Below, piece after piece: positions 32,835-42,597 of a DNA stretch of 64,000 nucleotides. The notes beneath the pieces are model-generated. The model did not search any database. It was not told the DNA's origin and saw only the letters and a list, made by a program, of their open reading frames with translations. The stretch spans positions 64,001-128,000 of the forward strand of contig JBGSZS010000007.1 of assembly GCA_041750285.1 (NCBI GenBank). Direction: 5' to 3'. The DNA is from Candidatus Fermentibacteraceae bacterium (lineage in GTDB: Bacteria; Fermentibacterota; Fermentibacteria; Fermentibacterales; JCC-6). Position numbers and translations under genes: made by a program. Each line of letters starts with the position of its first letter. Position 1 is the stretch's first letter.

Positions 32835-33880
32835 GCCTTTACATCCACATCCCGTTCTGCCTTGCCAGATGCGGCTACTGCGCCTTCACAAGCTCGCCCG
32901 GACTTCCCGGCCCTGAGTTCCGCGAAGGCGTTGAACGGGAGATCGGTCTTCTCTTACCCGGAAGGATCCGAACCCTTCACGCGGGAGGGGGAACGCCGAC
33001 GCTCATGGGAACGGCCTTCTGGCGGAACATGCTGAAGAGTCTCGACCTCTCACAATGCATCGAGACCGCCATCGAGACCAATCCAGCCGTTCTCGGGAAA
33101 GAGGGATACGCTGAACTGAGGGAGGCCGGCTTCGACCGCATAAGCATCGGAGTGCAGTCGTTCAGAGAAGACAATCTGAAGTGGCTCGGCAGAGTCCACA
33201 CATCCCGTCAGGCCGGTGAAGCCGTGGAATCGGCAAAGGCGGGCGGGTTCACCAACGTTTCGATCGATCTCATCTACGGTCTTCCCGGTCAGACCATGGA
33301 GAGCTGGCGGCATGATCTCGAAAGGGCTGTTCGGCTCGAACCTGATCACCTGAGCTGCTACGAGCTGACCCTGGAGCCCGGCACCAGGATCGGCGACGCG
33401 GGCAACAAGGCCGGTGATGCATTGTGCGCCGACATGTTCATGGAGACCCACGACATCCTGACCGGGGCAGGATTCCACCACTACGAGGTGTCCAATTATG
33501 CCCGCCCGGGAAGGGAATCGAGGCACAATCAGGCGTACTGGGAAAGAAGGCCATACCATGGCGCCGGCCCCTCGGCCCATGGTTTTACGGGAACGAAAAG
33601 ATACTGGAACACCCGGGACACTGTCCGGTACATAAACCTTCTGGCACAGGGCATCCTGCCGAGGGAGGGGGAGGAGGAGATCACTCAGGCCATGGCGGAG
33701 CGGGAGGAGGTTTTGCTTGGCCTCCGTACCTCCCGTGGTGTGAGGGCCGACATCCTTCCGGAGAGAACCGTCAACAGACTCATCGAAGCGGGACGCCTGC
33801 AAAGGAGCGGAACGATGGTTGCGCCCACCCCCGGGGGAATGCTCTGGGTGGACGGCATGGCGGACGAGCTTACCGTGTGA
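32819..33880 (+). CDS. hemW: Radical SAM heme chaperone HemW (HemN-like)
   Basis: YIHIPFC...CGYCAF, GGGTP, YEVSNY, HNQAYW. Confidence 0.9.
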   Translation: MEEGIGLYIHIPFCLARCGYCAFTSSPGLPGPEFREGVEREIGLLLPGRIRTLHAGGGTPTLMGTAFWRNMLKSLDLSQCIETAIETNPAVLGKEGYAELREAGFDRISIGVQSFREDNLKWLGRVHTSRQAGEAVESAKAGGFTNVSIDLIYGLPGQTMESWRHDLERAVRLEPDHLSCYELTLEPGTRIGDAGNKAGDALCADMFMETHDILTGAGFHHYEVSNYARPGRESRHNQAYWERRPYHGAGPSAHGFTGTKRYWNTRDTVRYINLLAQGILPREGEEEITQAMAEREEVLLGLRTSRGVRADILPERTVNRLIEAGRLQRSGTMVAPTPGGMLWVDGMADELTV

Positions 33881-34531
33881 TCATCCCCTGCCCGTGAACA
33901 TTCTTCTGATCCAGTGTCCGAGGGGAGCAATTATCGCTGCCAGGACCACTCCCGCCGCGCCGCCGGCCATCATCGAGCCTTCGTCCCATTTGTTCTGGTA
34001 ACCCAGGAGCAGGGCGAGAGCAACGGAAAAGACTCCGGTGAGAACGGCGAACAGAGTGAGGCACCCCTTCATGCTGAACCGGCTCCGGGCATCGGCCTCC
34101 CCGGGCGGCCGGACCAGCGACCCGTTGATTGAACCGACGTACTCCGTGATCCGGAAGGGTGTGCCGTCGTTGCTGTCGAAACGGGGCATTTTGCTGAACA
34201 GGATATTGAGAAGCCTCTCTCCCCGGACCTTCACCAGAAGGGTGCCAGTCAATGCATGGCTCATTGCGCCCTGCAGGTTGAGTTTCAAAAACCCCGGAGT
34301 CGAGGCGTCGCCCCTCGCGGCATGGATCAGTTCGATCTCCCCGAATGGAATCCTCCTGAGAAGCTTTGTTTTGTAGGTGATGGTTATGAACTCCAGGATG
34401 AGCGCTCCCGAACTGACCCCCACGAAAACGTTCCCGATACCCAGCATTCCCCAGCCGCAGTGTACAATGTCCTCCCCCGAAGCCTGCCTCAGACGTTCCG
34501 CAAGCTCAGGCCCGTTTTTGACAGCATCCAT
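33881..34531 (-). CDS. Hypothetical membrane protein (two C-terminal TM helices)
   Basis: ORF with hydrophobic C-terminus; ATG 34531. Confidence 0.6.
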   Translation of the reverse strand: MDAVKNGPELAERLRQASGEDIVHCGWGMLGIGNVFVGVSSGALILEFITITYKTKLLRRIPFGEIELIHAARGDASTPGFLKLNLQGAMSHALTGTLLVKVRGERLLNILFSKMPRFDSNDGTPFRITEYVGSINGSLVRPPGEADARSRFSMKGCLTLFAVLTGVFSVALALLLGYQNKWDEGSMMAGGAAGVVLAAIIAPLGHWIRRMFTGRG

Positions 34532-34635
34532 TTCGCCCCCCTTTCCGGCGCACGATACAAAGGAACAGCCCCTGAGAAAACCCCGGCCCGTTTGACGCAA
34601 AGGAACCGTTTCGTCATAATTGCACCCTGTCCGGT

Positions 34636-34712
<77 letters not shown>

Positions 34713-34719
34713 GATAGAG

Positions 34720-34752
34720 AAAAGGTCGTTGGGGAAAGCCCGACGACCTTTT
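34720..34752 (+). terminator. Rho-independent terminator after tRNA-Arg
   Basis: AAAAGGTCGTTGGG-GAAAG-CCCGACGACCTTTT hairpin. Confidence 0.75.
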
Positions 34753-34778
34753 GCATTTCCGGTCGTGTGATTGTTGTA

Positions 34779-34821
34779 TTGACAATTCCCAAAATGGGAA
34801 GAAATATTCCCAATATGGGAA
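34779..34821 (+). promoter_or_regulatory. Promoter (-35 TTGACA) overlapped by two palindromic operators TTCCCAawaTGGGAA
   Basis: TTGACA 34779-84; TTCCCAAAATGGGAA 34786-800 and TTCCCAATATGGGAA 34807-21. Confidence 0.7.
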
Positions 34822-34832
34822 GAGGCAATTGC

Positions 34833-35483
34833 ATGGAAACATTGAAGAACGAGAGTGGCCAGCCAGTCCCAATACATGGTGAACTGCCTTCACTGGGATT
34901 GGCAGAGGGGCTTTTTTCGAAAGTACAGATGAGGGTGCTCGCCCTTCTGTTCGGTCAGCCCGAAAGGGGTTTTCAAGGGGCGGAGTTGATAAGGCTGGCG
35001 GGTTCCGGGGTTGGTGCGGTGCATCGGGAACTGACCCGTCTTGTTTCGAGCGGCATCGTTTCTGTTCAGCCGCTTGGACGGCAGAAAATCTACAGCGCCA
35101 ATAGGGGATCACCGATTTTCCGGGAGCTTCATGGTCTCATAATGAAAACCGTTGGTCTTTTGCAGCCTCTGAGGGATGCGCTTGAACCATTCACTGACAA
35201 GATAAAGTACGCATTCATATACGGCTCAACTGCGAGAGGCGATGACACTGCGGCGAGTGATGTGGACGTGATGATCATCGGCGATGAGCTGGCCTATCCC
35301 GAAGTGCTTGCCGCACTGCTTCCGGTTGAGCAGGCCATCGGGAGGACAGTGAGTGTAAACCTGTTGAACAGTGATGAATTTGGAAGACGCCTTCAGAGTC
35401 GCGATTCCTTCTTAGCAAGGGTAATGTCACGGGAGAAGCTCACGCTTCTGGGGTCTCATGATGGAATCGAAACAGCTCGATAA
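34833..35483 (+). CDS. HTH + minimal nucleotidyltransferase (MNT) antitoxin-like protein
   Basis: wHTH-like N-terminus; YGSTARG...SDVD motif; ATG 34833 after AGAGG. Confidence 0.85.
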   Translation: METLKNESGQPVPIHGELPSLGLAEGLFSKVQMRVLALLFGQPERGFQGAELIRLAGSGVGAVHRELTRLVSSGIVSVQPLGRQKIYSANRGSPIFRELHGLIMKTVGLLQPLRDALEPFTDKIKYAFIYGSTARGDDTAASDVDVMIIGDELAYPEVLAALLPVEQAIGRTVSVNLLNSDEFGRRLQSRDSFLARVMSREKLTLLGSHDGIETAR

Positions 35484-35880
35484 CCTTGTGCGAACCGGAA
35501 GCCTGAAGCGTGAGCCGGTGGTCCGGGCCGAATACGACGGTCTTGTGGTTTCGGGCAGGAAAAGGCTCACCGACGCCGGGAACGAGTCCCTGGCTTTTGA
35601 GAGCCGATTCGATCTCGCGTACAACGGAGCGTTTTCTCTTGCCCTCGCAGCGCTCCGGTGGCATGGCTTCCGTCCTGAGAACAGGTATGTGGTTTTTCAG
35701 ATGATCCCATTCACCCTGAACCTTGGGCCAGAGGTCTGGAGAACCCTTGCCGAGTGCCACAGGCGGAGGAACTCGGCTGAATATGAAGGCTTCCTGGTGA
35801 TTGACTGGCAGCTTCTGAACGACCTGATCGTGGCAGCGGGAAAAGTGATGACAGCTGTGGAGGCTCTGCCAGGCGGTTAG
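35458..35880 (+). CDS. HEPN-like protein, putative toxin partner
   Basis: Helical 140 aa; 'AY.....A', RNSAEY (R-x4-Y); overlaps the MNT gene. Confidence 0.7.
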   Translation: MMESKQLDNLVRTGSLKREPVVRAEYDGLVVSGRKRLTDAGNESLAFESRFDLAYNGAFSLALAALRWHGFRPENRYVVFQMIPFTLNLGPEVWRTLAECHRRRNSAEYEGFLVIDWQLLNDLIVAAGKVMTAVEALPGG

Positions 35881-36150
35881 AAAACATCCCATAGACTTGT
35901 TGATGTTCACATACTGTCCATCACGGGGCACCGGATGGAGACAAGGCCGCCGGAATCAGACCGGCTGCCTTTCCCGATCGATGTCAGAATGACTTTCCAG
36001 CCTTGATTTTGGCTGTGATTTCTCTGCGGCAGGCGTTCCTGTTCAATTCTGGCAATGGTGTTTTGCAGTACTGGCTTTTCGGGCATTGCGGAATCCGAAG
36101 GCGCACGATATATCAACCCATGGTTCCAGTCGGGAAACGGGAGGTGTTTA

Positions 36151-37155
36151 ATGAAAATTGCTTTGCTTCTTCTTGTTGTCGCTTCGGTGGGGGTAGCCAC
36201 CGCAGCGGAGAGAGTGGTCCTTTTCGAAGAGTACACCCAGACCGGTTGAGGCTCGTGCGGAAGCAGCTGGTCAGCTGTCAAGGCTCTTGTCAACTCCTAC
36301 ATCACCACCGGTCAGATCGCACCGCAGATCCTTTTCGCAAACGGACCCGGCGCCAGTGCGTACGTGACTGCCCGTGACGCACTCTACGGGTGGAACGCCA
36401 CCCCGACCTTCCAGATCAACGGTTCGGCCCAGCAGCTGGGATGGAATCAGGGAGCCGTTCAGAATCACATCAATACCCAGCTTGCCCTGCCCTGTTACGT
36501 TGACATCGAGACGAACATCGTCGGGGATGCTTCGGGCGGAACCGCCTATTACACCGTAACAGTAGAGCAGGATCCCGGTCCCCTCGGGGAGATCAAGATA
36601 TGGTCAGCCATCGTTGAGAGCCACGAGATTGCGAGTTCCTCCTACGGTGTATACAACGGGCAGGAGCTGATGTGGGAACCCAGGGCATGGCCCATGGGGG
36701 CCACCGGAACGTTCATCGATGTTACAGGACCCTACCCTCGAACAATCGATGTTTCGGGCACATACACACTCAACCCCGCGCTTCACACCTTCGACAACCT
36801 TGAAGTGGTGACCTACGTCCAGGCCAACACCGGAACTCACGCGGTGCTCAATGCCTCTTTCGTGGACCTTCCGGACACCGCCACGGGCATGGAGGACTTC
36901 GAGGGTGCCGCTCTCGGTTCGCTTTCCATTAATGCATGGCCAAACCCATCAACCGGCAGCCTGAGCGTTGGAACCCTTCTTCCGGAAGGCACTGCGGGCC
37001 AGGTCAGCATTTACAACACAGCAGGCCGGGTTGTTGCCCGGTTCGAGGCGGGAGGAGTGAAACCGGTAACGATCGACGAGTCCGGTGTCTATTTCGCCCG
37101 TCTTGAAGCAGCGGGCAGCGATGCGGTGCTGACACGGTTCACCGTAGTCAGATAG
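36151..37155 (+). CDS. Secreted Omp28-like/thioredoxin-fold selenoprotein (UxxC; Sec33 at TGA 36247-49) with T9SS-type C-terminal domain
   Basis: RBS GGAGG, signal peptide, VVLFEEYTQTG-U-GSC; frame continues without stop into ORF 36364..37155; 'TPTFQING'; SECIS-like hairpin; selC in window. Confidence 0.85.
36263..36278 (+). promoter_or_regulatory. Putative bacterial SECIS hairpin
   Basis: GCAGCT-GGTC-AGCTGT; loop starts 19 nt after the UGA and begins with G. Confidence 0.7.
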
Positions 37156-37164
37156 TGCACTGTT

Positions 37165-37845
37165 TTACGGGCCGGTGACCCTCAGGTTGCCGGCCCTTTT
37201 TCCAAGTGCAACGATGATCGGGGGGACCCCACATGCTTTTGCGTGGACCTCACTGACACCGGTTTCACGGATGAGTTCGGCCACGCGGGGTGCCCTTACT
37301 CCCCCTCCCGCAATTATCTGCAGTCCGCCGCAGGCCGCGCCGACAAGGCTCTTCAAAGTGGAACGGCCCTCCCAGGCGGTTCCAGGGCCCCCGGATGTCA
37401 GTATCCTTGCAACCCCCGCTTCCTGAAGGGCGCGCATTCCCCCGACATGGTCAGCGATAAGGTCGAATGCCCGGTGAAAGGTGACGGGGAGACCATTCGC
37501 CGCTTTCATCAATTCCTCCATGGCCGTGTGATCAATGCGATTCCGGTGGTCAAGCACACCCATGACGAAGCCGTTCGCGCCGGCACATGCCAGTTGTTCC
37601 ATGGCCTTCTTCATCCTGCCCACCTGTGCCTTTGAAGCCGTGAATGGGCCTGCACGCTCCCTCACCATGGCGAACACCGGGATCGTGACGCATGACAGAA
37701 CCTGCTTGAGCAGATCGGTCGAAGGAGTGAGCCCGCCTGTTTCAAGCGCACTGCACAGCTCGATGCGGTCAGCTCCTGCGTTGGATGCCCCGAGGGCTTC
37801 GGTGAGTGTAGTTGCGCAAGCCTCGACGATGATGCCTCCCGTCAC
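37165..37845 (-). CDS. cutC: CutC family (copper homeostasis) protein
   Basis: GADRIELC...GGLTPS, TFHRAFD, RILTSG; GTG overlaps upstream stop. Confidence 0.93.
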   Translation of the reverse strand: MTGGIIVEACATTLTEALGASNAGADRIELCSALETGGLTPSTDLLKQVLSCVTIPVFAMVRERAGPFTASKAQVGRMKKAMEQLACAGANGFVMGVLDHRNRIDHTAMEELMKAANGLPVTFHRAFDLIADHVGGMRALQEAGVARILTSGGPGTAWEGRSTLKSLVGAACGGLQIIAGGGVRAPRVAELIRETGVSEVHAKACGVPPIIVALGKRAGNLRVTGP

Positions 37846-38801
37846 GGCTTCCTTCCCGTGATGCAGTAGAAGCTGCATGCACCGCCGCAAGTGCTTATGG
37901 TTCCATCTTCCAGCTGTTCCTTCATGACCTCAAGCCGTTCACGGGCATGCCTGCGGCTCATTGCCGTGAACTTCCTCCACACTTGTTCAGTCCCTCCCCC
38001 GGCAAAGAAGAGCCTTCTGAACTCCCTGTTCATGTTGAACCTTTTACCTGCGTGTTTCTCAGTGTCTGCAATGTGTCTGCGGAGCTGTTCCAGCCCGAAG
38101 ACCATGGAAGGTGTGTCGTAGGGGGGCTGCAGCAGCCCGACCATGTCGTTGGCCCTGATTCCGATATCCTTCAGACCGAGCTTCTGCATCATGCCGGGCA
38201 CCCGGTTGCCTATGGAGTAGTCGCCCAGTCCGAGCCTTTTCCTGCCCTCCGTCCAATGGTGGTGAACCCTGACAAGCAGGAGGTCATCGTCTATCGATGG
38301 TTCGTGGAAGGATTGGTAGCGTCTTGCGCGCATTGCCGTCACGTTGTCGGGTTCAAAGCAGGTCACTATCCCGCCTGACCTTGTGACCCTTGTCATCTCC
38401 GCCAGGAAGGCGTCGGGTGAAGGCGAATGCATCAGCAGGGTCTGGCAGACCGTGAAGTCGAAGGTGCCGTCAGGGAAGGGAAGCGCATTGGCATCACCCT
38501 GGACGAATGCCGATGTTCCGTTACGGACCCACTCGGGACTGTGCCTCGCTGCCTCCCGAAGCAGCTGAAGTGAGTTGTCCAGCCCGGTGTAGGAGCCTTT
38601 CCTGCCGAAGTGCTTCCAGAAGGTACGGCCCACATAGCCAAGCCCACAGCCCACGTCCAGTGTGTTCATCCCCTGCGCGAGCCCCATCCAGGCAGCAAGT
38701 TTGGCAACAGTGTCGTCGTGCCAGAGGAAGCGCCTCTGGTCGACCATGACCTCCTGCCTTGTCTTTTTTTCAGCCCAGTCCGGCGGTTTTGCGGTCTTCA
38801 T
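37842..38801 (-). CDS. Class I SAM-dependent methyltransferase
   Basis: LDVGCGLG, GDA..LPFPD.TFD. Confidence 0.9.
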   Translation of the reverse strand: MKTAKPPDWAEKKTRQEVMVDQRRFLWHDDTVAKLAAWMGLAQGMNTLDVGCGLGYVGRTFWKHFGRKGSYTGLDNSLQLLREAARHSPEWVRNGTSAFVQGDANALPFPDGTFDFTVCQTLLMHSPSPDAFLAEMTRVTRSGGIVTCFEPDNVTAMRARRYQSFHEPSIDDDLLLVRVHHHWTEGRKRLGLGDYSIGNRVPGMMQKLGLKDIGIRANDMVGLLQPPYDTPSMVFGLEQLRRHIADTEKHAGKRFNMNREFRRLFFAGGGTEQVWRKFTAMSRRHARERLEVMKEQLEDGTISTCGGACSFYCITGRKP

Positions 38802-38829
38802 TCCCAAAATGCTGCTCCGTCATTTTTTG

Positions 38830-39201
38830 TCAGGGTGCAGCCCAGCTTGCCACTCCGTCCCTGATGCAACCGTGATTCGGGTCGGACGAAAGCGGGCAGG
38901 TGATGCTGAAACCGTTCTGGTCGCCCTGGTAGATGTAGAGGGATTGGCACTGGGGGCATTTCAGGCTGCCCAGGATTGTATGGAAATCATAGAGGTTTTC
39001 GGGGTAGGTGCCGTGAATGGCGTAGTGGATCACACATTGCGAAGCGATGGCGATCATGTTCTTATGGCATGTATCGGTGAAGTCGGGGTCGTTGCCGCCC
39101 TGAAGCCCTTCGGGGAGGGCGGGGGCTGTCACGCCATCGCTGGTGCATGACGGGAACAGAGCTGCCATCAGTAGAACACAGTACAGCAAGCATCTGCGCA
39201 T
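38830..39201 (-). CDS. Cys-rich lipoprotein with pilin-globular-domain-like segment
   Basis: RBS GGAGGG; lipobox-like FPSC; C..N...I......Y....G.YP...CP motif. Confidence 0.55.
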   Translation of the reverse strand: MRRCLLYCVLLMAALFPSCTSDGVTAPALPEGLQGGNDPDFTDTCHKNMIAIASQCVIHYAIHGTYPENLYDFHTILGSLKCPQCQSLYIYQGDQNGFSITCPLSSDPNHGCIRDGVASWAAP

Positions 39202-39276
39202 GGCGCCCTCCGTGTTTTTTATTGAAGTTTGAATACCACCCGATGCCATCCATGTCAAGGTGGAGGCGGTAAAATC

Positions 39277-40068
39277 CTACTTGCCGCTTTCCGTTCCCCA
39301 GCGTGCCCTGACCGAACGTTCAAGCACCGAGAAACCCAGCTTGTCGGTTGTGAGGCCCAGGAAAACGATGACGAGGATGACTGCCACCACCTGGTTCATG
39401 TCGTTGAGTTCCCTGCCCATGGTGAGCATGTAGCCAAGGCCGGGGAGGGTGTAGATCAGTTCTCCGGCCATGAGCGAGCGCCAGGCGAACGACCAGCCCA
39501 GTTTCATGCCGGTCACCATTGTCGGCATTGCCGAGGGCAGGATGACCGTCCTGTAAAGCCTGGCTCCCCGTGATCCCAGGTTCCTTGCGGCCTGGATGTA
39601 GACCCTGGGCGTGTTGCGAATGCCGTCTTCCGCCGCCTGGGCGATCGAGAGGAAGGCTCCCATCACGACAACGAAGAGGATGGCCTTTTCGGAAAGACCG
39701 AACCACAGGATGGAAAGGGGGAGCCAGCAGATGCTGGGAAGGGTCTGCAGCCCCAGCACCAGCAGCCCGAACGTGTTCTTGAACAGCTTCACGTGGGCCA
39801 TGGCAAAACCCGTGATCACTCCCGTGCCCAGGGCGATCATGTAGCCCGTCGCGAGCCGTCGTATGCTCCCCCATACCGCTATGGGGAGGGTTCCCCTTTC
39901 GATGCCAGAGGCTATCGATGAGATGACTCCGGGCAGTGTTGGAAAGATGTACGAGGGCCATATCTCAAGCACTCCGAGCAGGTACCAGACCGCAATCAGC
40001 CCCGTGAGGAAAAAGGTTCTCTGAACGGGCACGGGAAGGGCCTTGAGCCTTTCGTAGAACCGCCTCAT
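39277..40068 (-). CDS. NitT/TauT (SsuC-like) ABC permease
   Basis: 'AARNLG' EAA-like loop; WRSLMAGEL. Confidence 0.9.
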   Translation of the reverse strand: MRRFYERLKALPVPVQRTFFLTGLIAVWYLLGVLEIWPSYIFPTLPGVISSIASGIERGTLPIAVWGSIRRLATGYMIALGTGVITGFAMAHVKLFKNTFGLLVLGLQTLPSICWLPLSILWFGLSEKAILFVVVMGAFLSIAQAAEDGIRNTPRVYIQAARNLGSRGARLYRTVILPSAMPTMVTGMKLGWSFAWRSLMAGELIYTLPGLGYMLTMGRELNDMNQVVAVILVIVFLGLTTDKLGFSVLERSVRARWGTESGK

Positions 40069-40814
40069 CAGCCCCTCTTTTCCATTGAGGCCAGAACCTC
40101 TTGTGAGATGGGCACGATGTCGGGATGATCCATGCGCCGGGGCCTTGGAAGGCCAATCGTGTGCTCCGCCAGTATCCTGCCGGGAGAGGGCGACATAACG
40201 AGGATCCTGTCTCCCAGAAGCACGGCCTCGCGAACGTTGTGGGTCACGAACACGACGGTTTTGGAAGCCTTCAGCCAGAGACCCTGGAGCTCCTCATGAA
40301 GAAGGTCGCGGGTTATGGCGTCAAGGGCGCCGAACGGCTCGTCCAGAAGGAGCACTGCGGGGTCGACCGCCAGGGCCCTGGCCAGTGCAACGCGCTGTTT
40401 CATGCCGCCGGAGAGCTCGTGTATCCAGGAGTGGGCGAACCTTTCCAGATGCACCATCTCCAGAAGCTCCGAGACCTTTTTCTCCCGGGCTTCCCGGGGC
40501 TGTTTCATTACTTTCAGGCCGAATTCCACATTGCCCTGCACGTTGAGCCACGGGAAGAGGGCCGCGTCCTGGAATATCAGCACACGGCTTGGGTCGGGTC
40601 CGGTAACGACCGCTCCGTCAGCCAGCACCTTTCCGGTGGTGGGTCTGTCCAACCCCGCCAGCAGATGCAGGATCGTCGTCTTTCCGCAACCCGAGGGTCC
40701 CACAAGGCAGACGAATTCACCGCTCCTGATGCTCAGACTGACGTCATCAAGAGCCCTCACCATCCTCCCGGGCCTTACGTAATCGCGACTGACGCCCCGA
40801 AGTTCAAGGTCCAA
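40068..40814 (-). CDS. NitT/TauT (SsuB-like) ABC ATPase
   Basis: GPSGCGKT, LSGGM, LLDEPF, VTH; start approximate (TTG 40814). Confidence 0.92.
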   Translation of the reverse strand: MDLELRGVSRDYVRPGRMVRALDDVSLSIRSGEFVCLVGPSGCGKTTILHLLAGLDRPTTGKVLADGAVVTGPDPSRVLIFQDAALFPWLNVQGNVEFGLKVMKQPREAREKKVSELLEMVHLERFAHSWIHELSGGMKQRVALARALAVDPAVLLLDEPFGALDAITRDLLHEELQGLWLKASKTVVFVTHNVREAVLLGDRILVMSPSPGRILAEHTIGLPRPRRMDHPDIVPISQEVLASMEKRG

Positions 40815-41832
40815 CGGGTACCTCCACCGTATCAAGGCCCTTTTCCGCAAGCACTTCGTTGAGGATTGAAAGGTCGTAGATGCCGTCCAGGTCAGGTTCG
40901 TCATCGAGGAAACCGGTCTGCCACGCTGCCCGTGCTGATTCATACAGCGAAGAAGCGACGGGGTCCCATGTGCTGCGCATGTTCGACAGGGCCATGGTCA
41001 GGACCTGCCCGGGAAGAGCCTTTCCCGTAAGCCGTTCGATCTCGCCGTTCAGGAGGGCGGCTGCCTCTTCGGGGTTCCGGTTCTCCCAGAGCGTTACTTC
41101 CACATGGGCTTCGAGCCACCGCCTGACGATCCCGGGGCGTTCCATCAGAAAGGGTGTGGAAACGATTATGTGCGCGGTAACGAAATCACCGTCGGGCCAG
41201 ATCGTCCTTTCGTCAAGAAGAACCACGCCTCCCCCTTCCACGACCAGACGGCTTGCCCAGGGTTCTGGAACCCATGCCCCGTCGATCTCACCCTGTCGGA
41301 AAAGGTCCAGTATCTGGGGGTTGGCCGTTGGTATGATCTGCACGCTGCCCCCCTCTTCCAGTGGAGAAAGGCCATGTTCGGCAAGGCAGTTCCTTAGGGC
41401 CACGTCCTGTGTATTGCCAAGTTGGGGGGTGGCAATGCGGTGTCCGTCCATCTCCTCGAGAGTCGTTATCCCCGCGTCGGGTCTGACCACCAGGGCAGCA
41501 CCTCCGCTCGTGGCGCCCGCCACGATCCTCAGGGCCTCGCCATTCGAGCGGACGAACCCCGTTATGGCTGGATTGGGGCCTATGTAGGCAAGGTCGAGCC
41601 TGCCTGCGTAAAGCGCCTCGATGACGGAGGGTCCCGCGTTGAAGATGGTCGTTTCAATTGTTGTTTCCGGCCCCAGAGCCTCGGCGAAATCACCTCTGGC
41701 AAGGCCGATTATCGCCTGGCTGTGGGTGATGTTGGGAAAGTAGCCGACCCTTATGATGCCTTCCCGTCCGGCACTTGGCCCCCCGCAGCCGACAAGCGCC
41801 AGAACGGCCACTGCTGCCACTGCTTTCTTCAT
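40804..41832 (-). CDS. SsuA-like ABC substrate-binding lipoprotein
   Basis: Lipobox LVGC; GYFPNITH, YIGPNPA, PQLGNTQD, WVPEPW. Confidence 0.9.
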   Translation of the reverse strand: MKKAVAAVAVLALVGCGGPSAGREGIIRVGYFPNITHSQAIIGLARGDFAEALGPETTIETTIFNAGPSVIEALYAGRLDLAYIGPNPAITGFVRSNGEALRIVAGATSGGAALVVRPDAGITTLEEMDGHRIATPQLGNTQDVALRNCLAEHGLSPLEEGGSVQIIPTANPQILDLFRQGEIDGAWVPEPWASRLVVEGGGVVLLDERTIWPDGDFVTAHIIVSTPFLMERPGIVRRWLEAHVEVTLWENRNPEEAAALLNGEIERLTGKALPGQVLTMALSNMRSTWDPVASSLYESARAAWQTGFLDDEPDLDGIYDLSILNEVLAEKGLDTVEVPVGP

Positions 41833-41976
41833 TCAGACCCTCCGCTCTGCGCTTCCACAGGAGAGAACCCGGTTGAACGCTCATTTACAACCGGCTGTTT
41901 CCGTACCCTGCCCAGCCTTGACACCTTTCCCAGCATGCCCGACTATATGGACAGGACAGGAGGGAGGACTACTGGA

Positions 41977-42513
41977 ATGGATGCACTCAGGGCGATTTTT
42001 GGGCGGAAGAGCGTGCGGAGGTTCAGTGACAGGCCCTTGGAGAGGGAACACCTCATCACACTGGTTCGTGCAGCCATGTCAGCGCCTTCGGCCATGGACA
42101 CAAGGCCGTGGGCCTTCGTCGTCGTGACTGACCGGGCGAAGCTTGAAGCCCTGGCGGCGGGGCTGCCTTATGCGGCAATGGCAGCCCAGGCCGCCGCCGC
42201 GGTGGTCGTATGCGGCGTCCTGTCGCGCTGCAGGCCCGGAAGCCCTGCGGACTACTGGGTACAGGACTGCAGTGCGGCAACCGAGAACCTTCTTGTTGCT
42301 GCGGAAGCCCTGGGTCTTGGGGCTGTCTGGACGGGGGTTCATCCCAGGCCGGAGAGGGTTGGACTGGTTCGGCATCTACTCGGGCTGCCGGAGGATGTTG
42401 TGCCGCTGAACCTGATCCCCCTGGGGTATCCCGGAGATGATGCCGCACCGAAAGACAAGTTCGACATGAACGCGTTTCACTGGGAGAGATGGGAGGGTTC
42501 TTCCGGGGCGTGA
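41977..42513 (+). CDS. Nitroreductase family protein
   Basis: RKSVRRF, APSA....PW, GLGAVW; ATG 41977 after GGAGG. Confidence 0.92.
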   Translation: MDALRAIFGRKSVRRFSDRPLEREHLITLVRAAMSAPSAMDTRPWAFVVVTDRAKLEALAAGLPYAAMAAQAAAAVVVCGVLSRCRPGSPADYWVQDCSAATENLLVAAEALGLGAVWTGVHPRPERVGLVRHLLGLPEDVVPLNLIPLGYPGDDAAPKDKFDMNAFHWERWEGSSGA

Positions 42514-42597
42514 TGGTCCCGGCGATTCCTTGTATGTTTCAGCGTTGCAGACGGCACATACTGCTGTGAACGAACCACATCAGCTAAGGGGTGTAAA

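Noticed and set aside
32819..33880. Radical SAM enzyme as maturase for the Cys/Sec-rich peptide
   Set aside because: It has HemW motifs, no SPASM domain, typical lepA linkage and lies about 17 kb away.
36151..37155. Pseudogene or UGA=Trp/Gly recoding reading of the split Omp28-like gene
   Set aside because: The UGA falls at the expected catalytic Cys position, has a SECIS-like hairpin, and selC is present. TGA terminates many other genes in the window.
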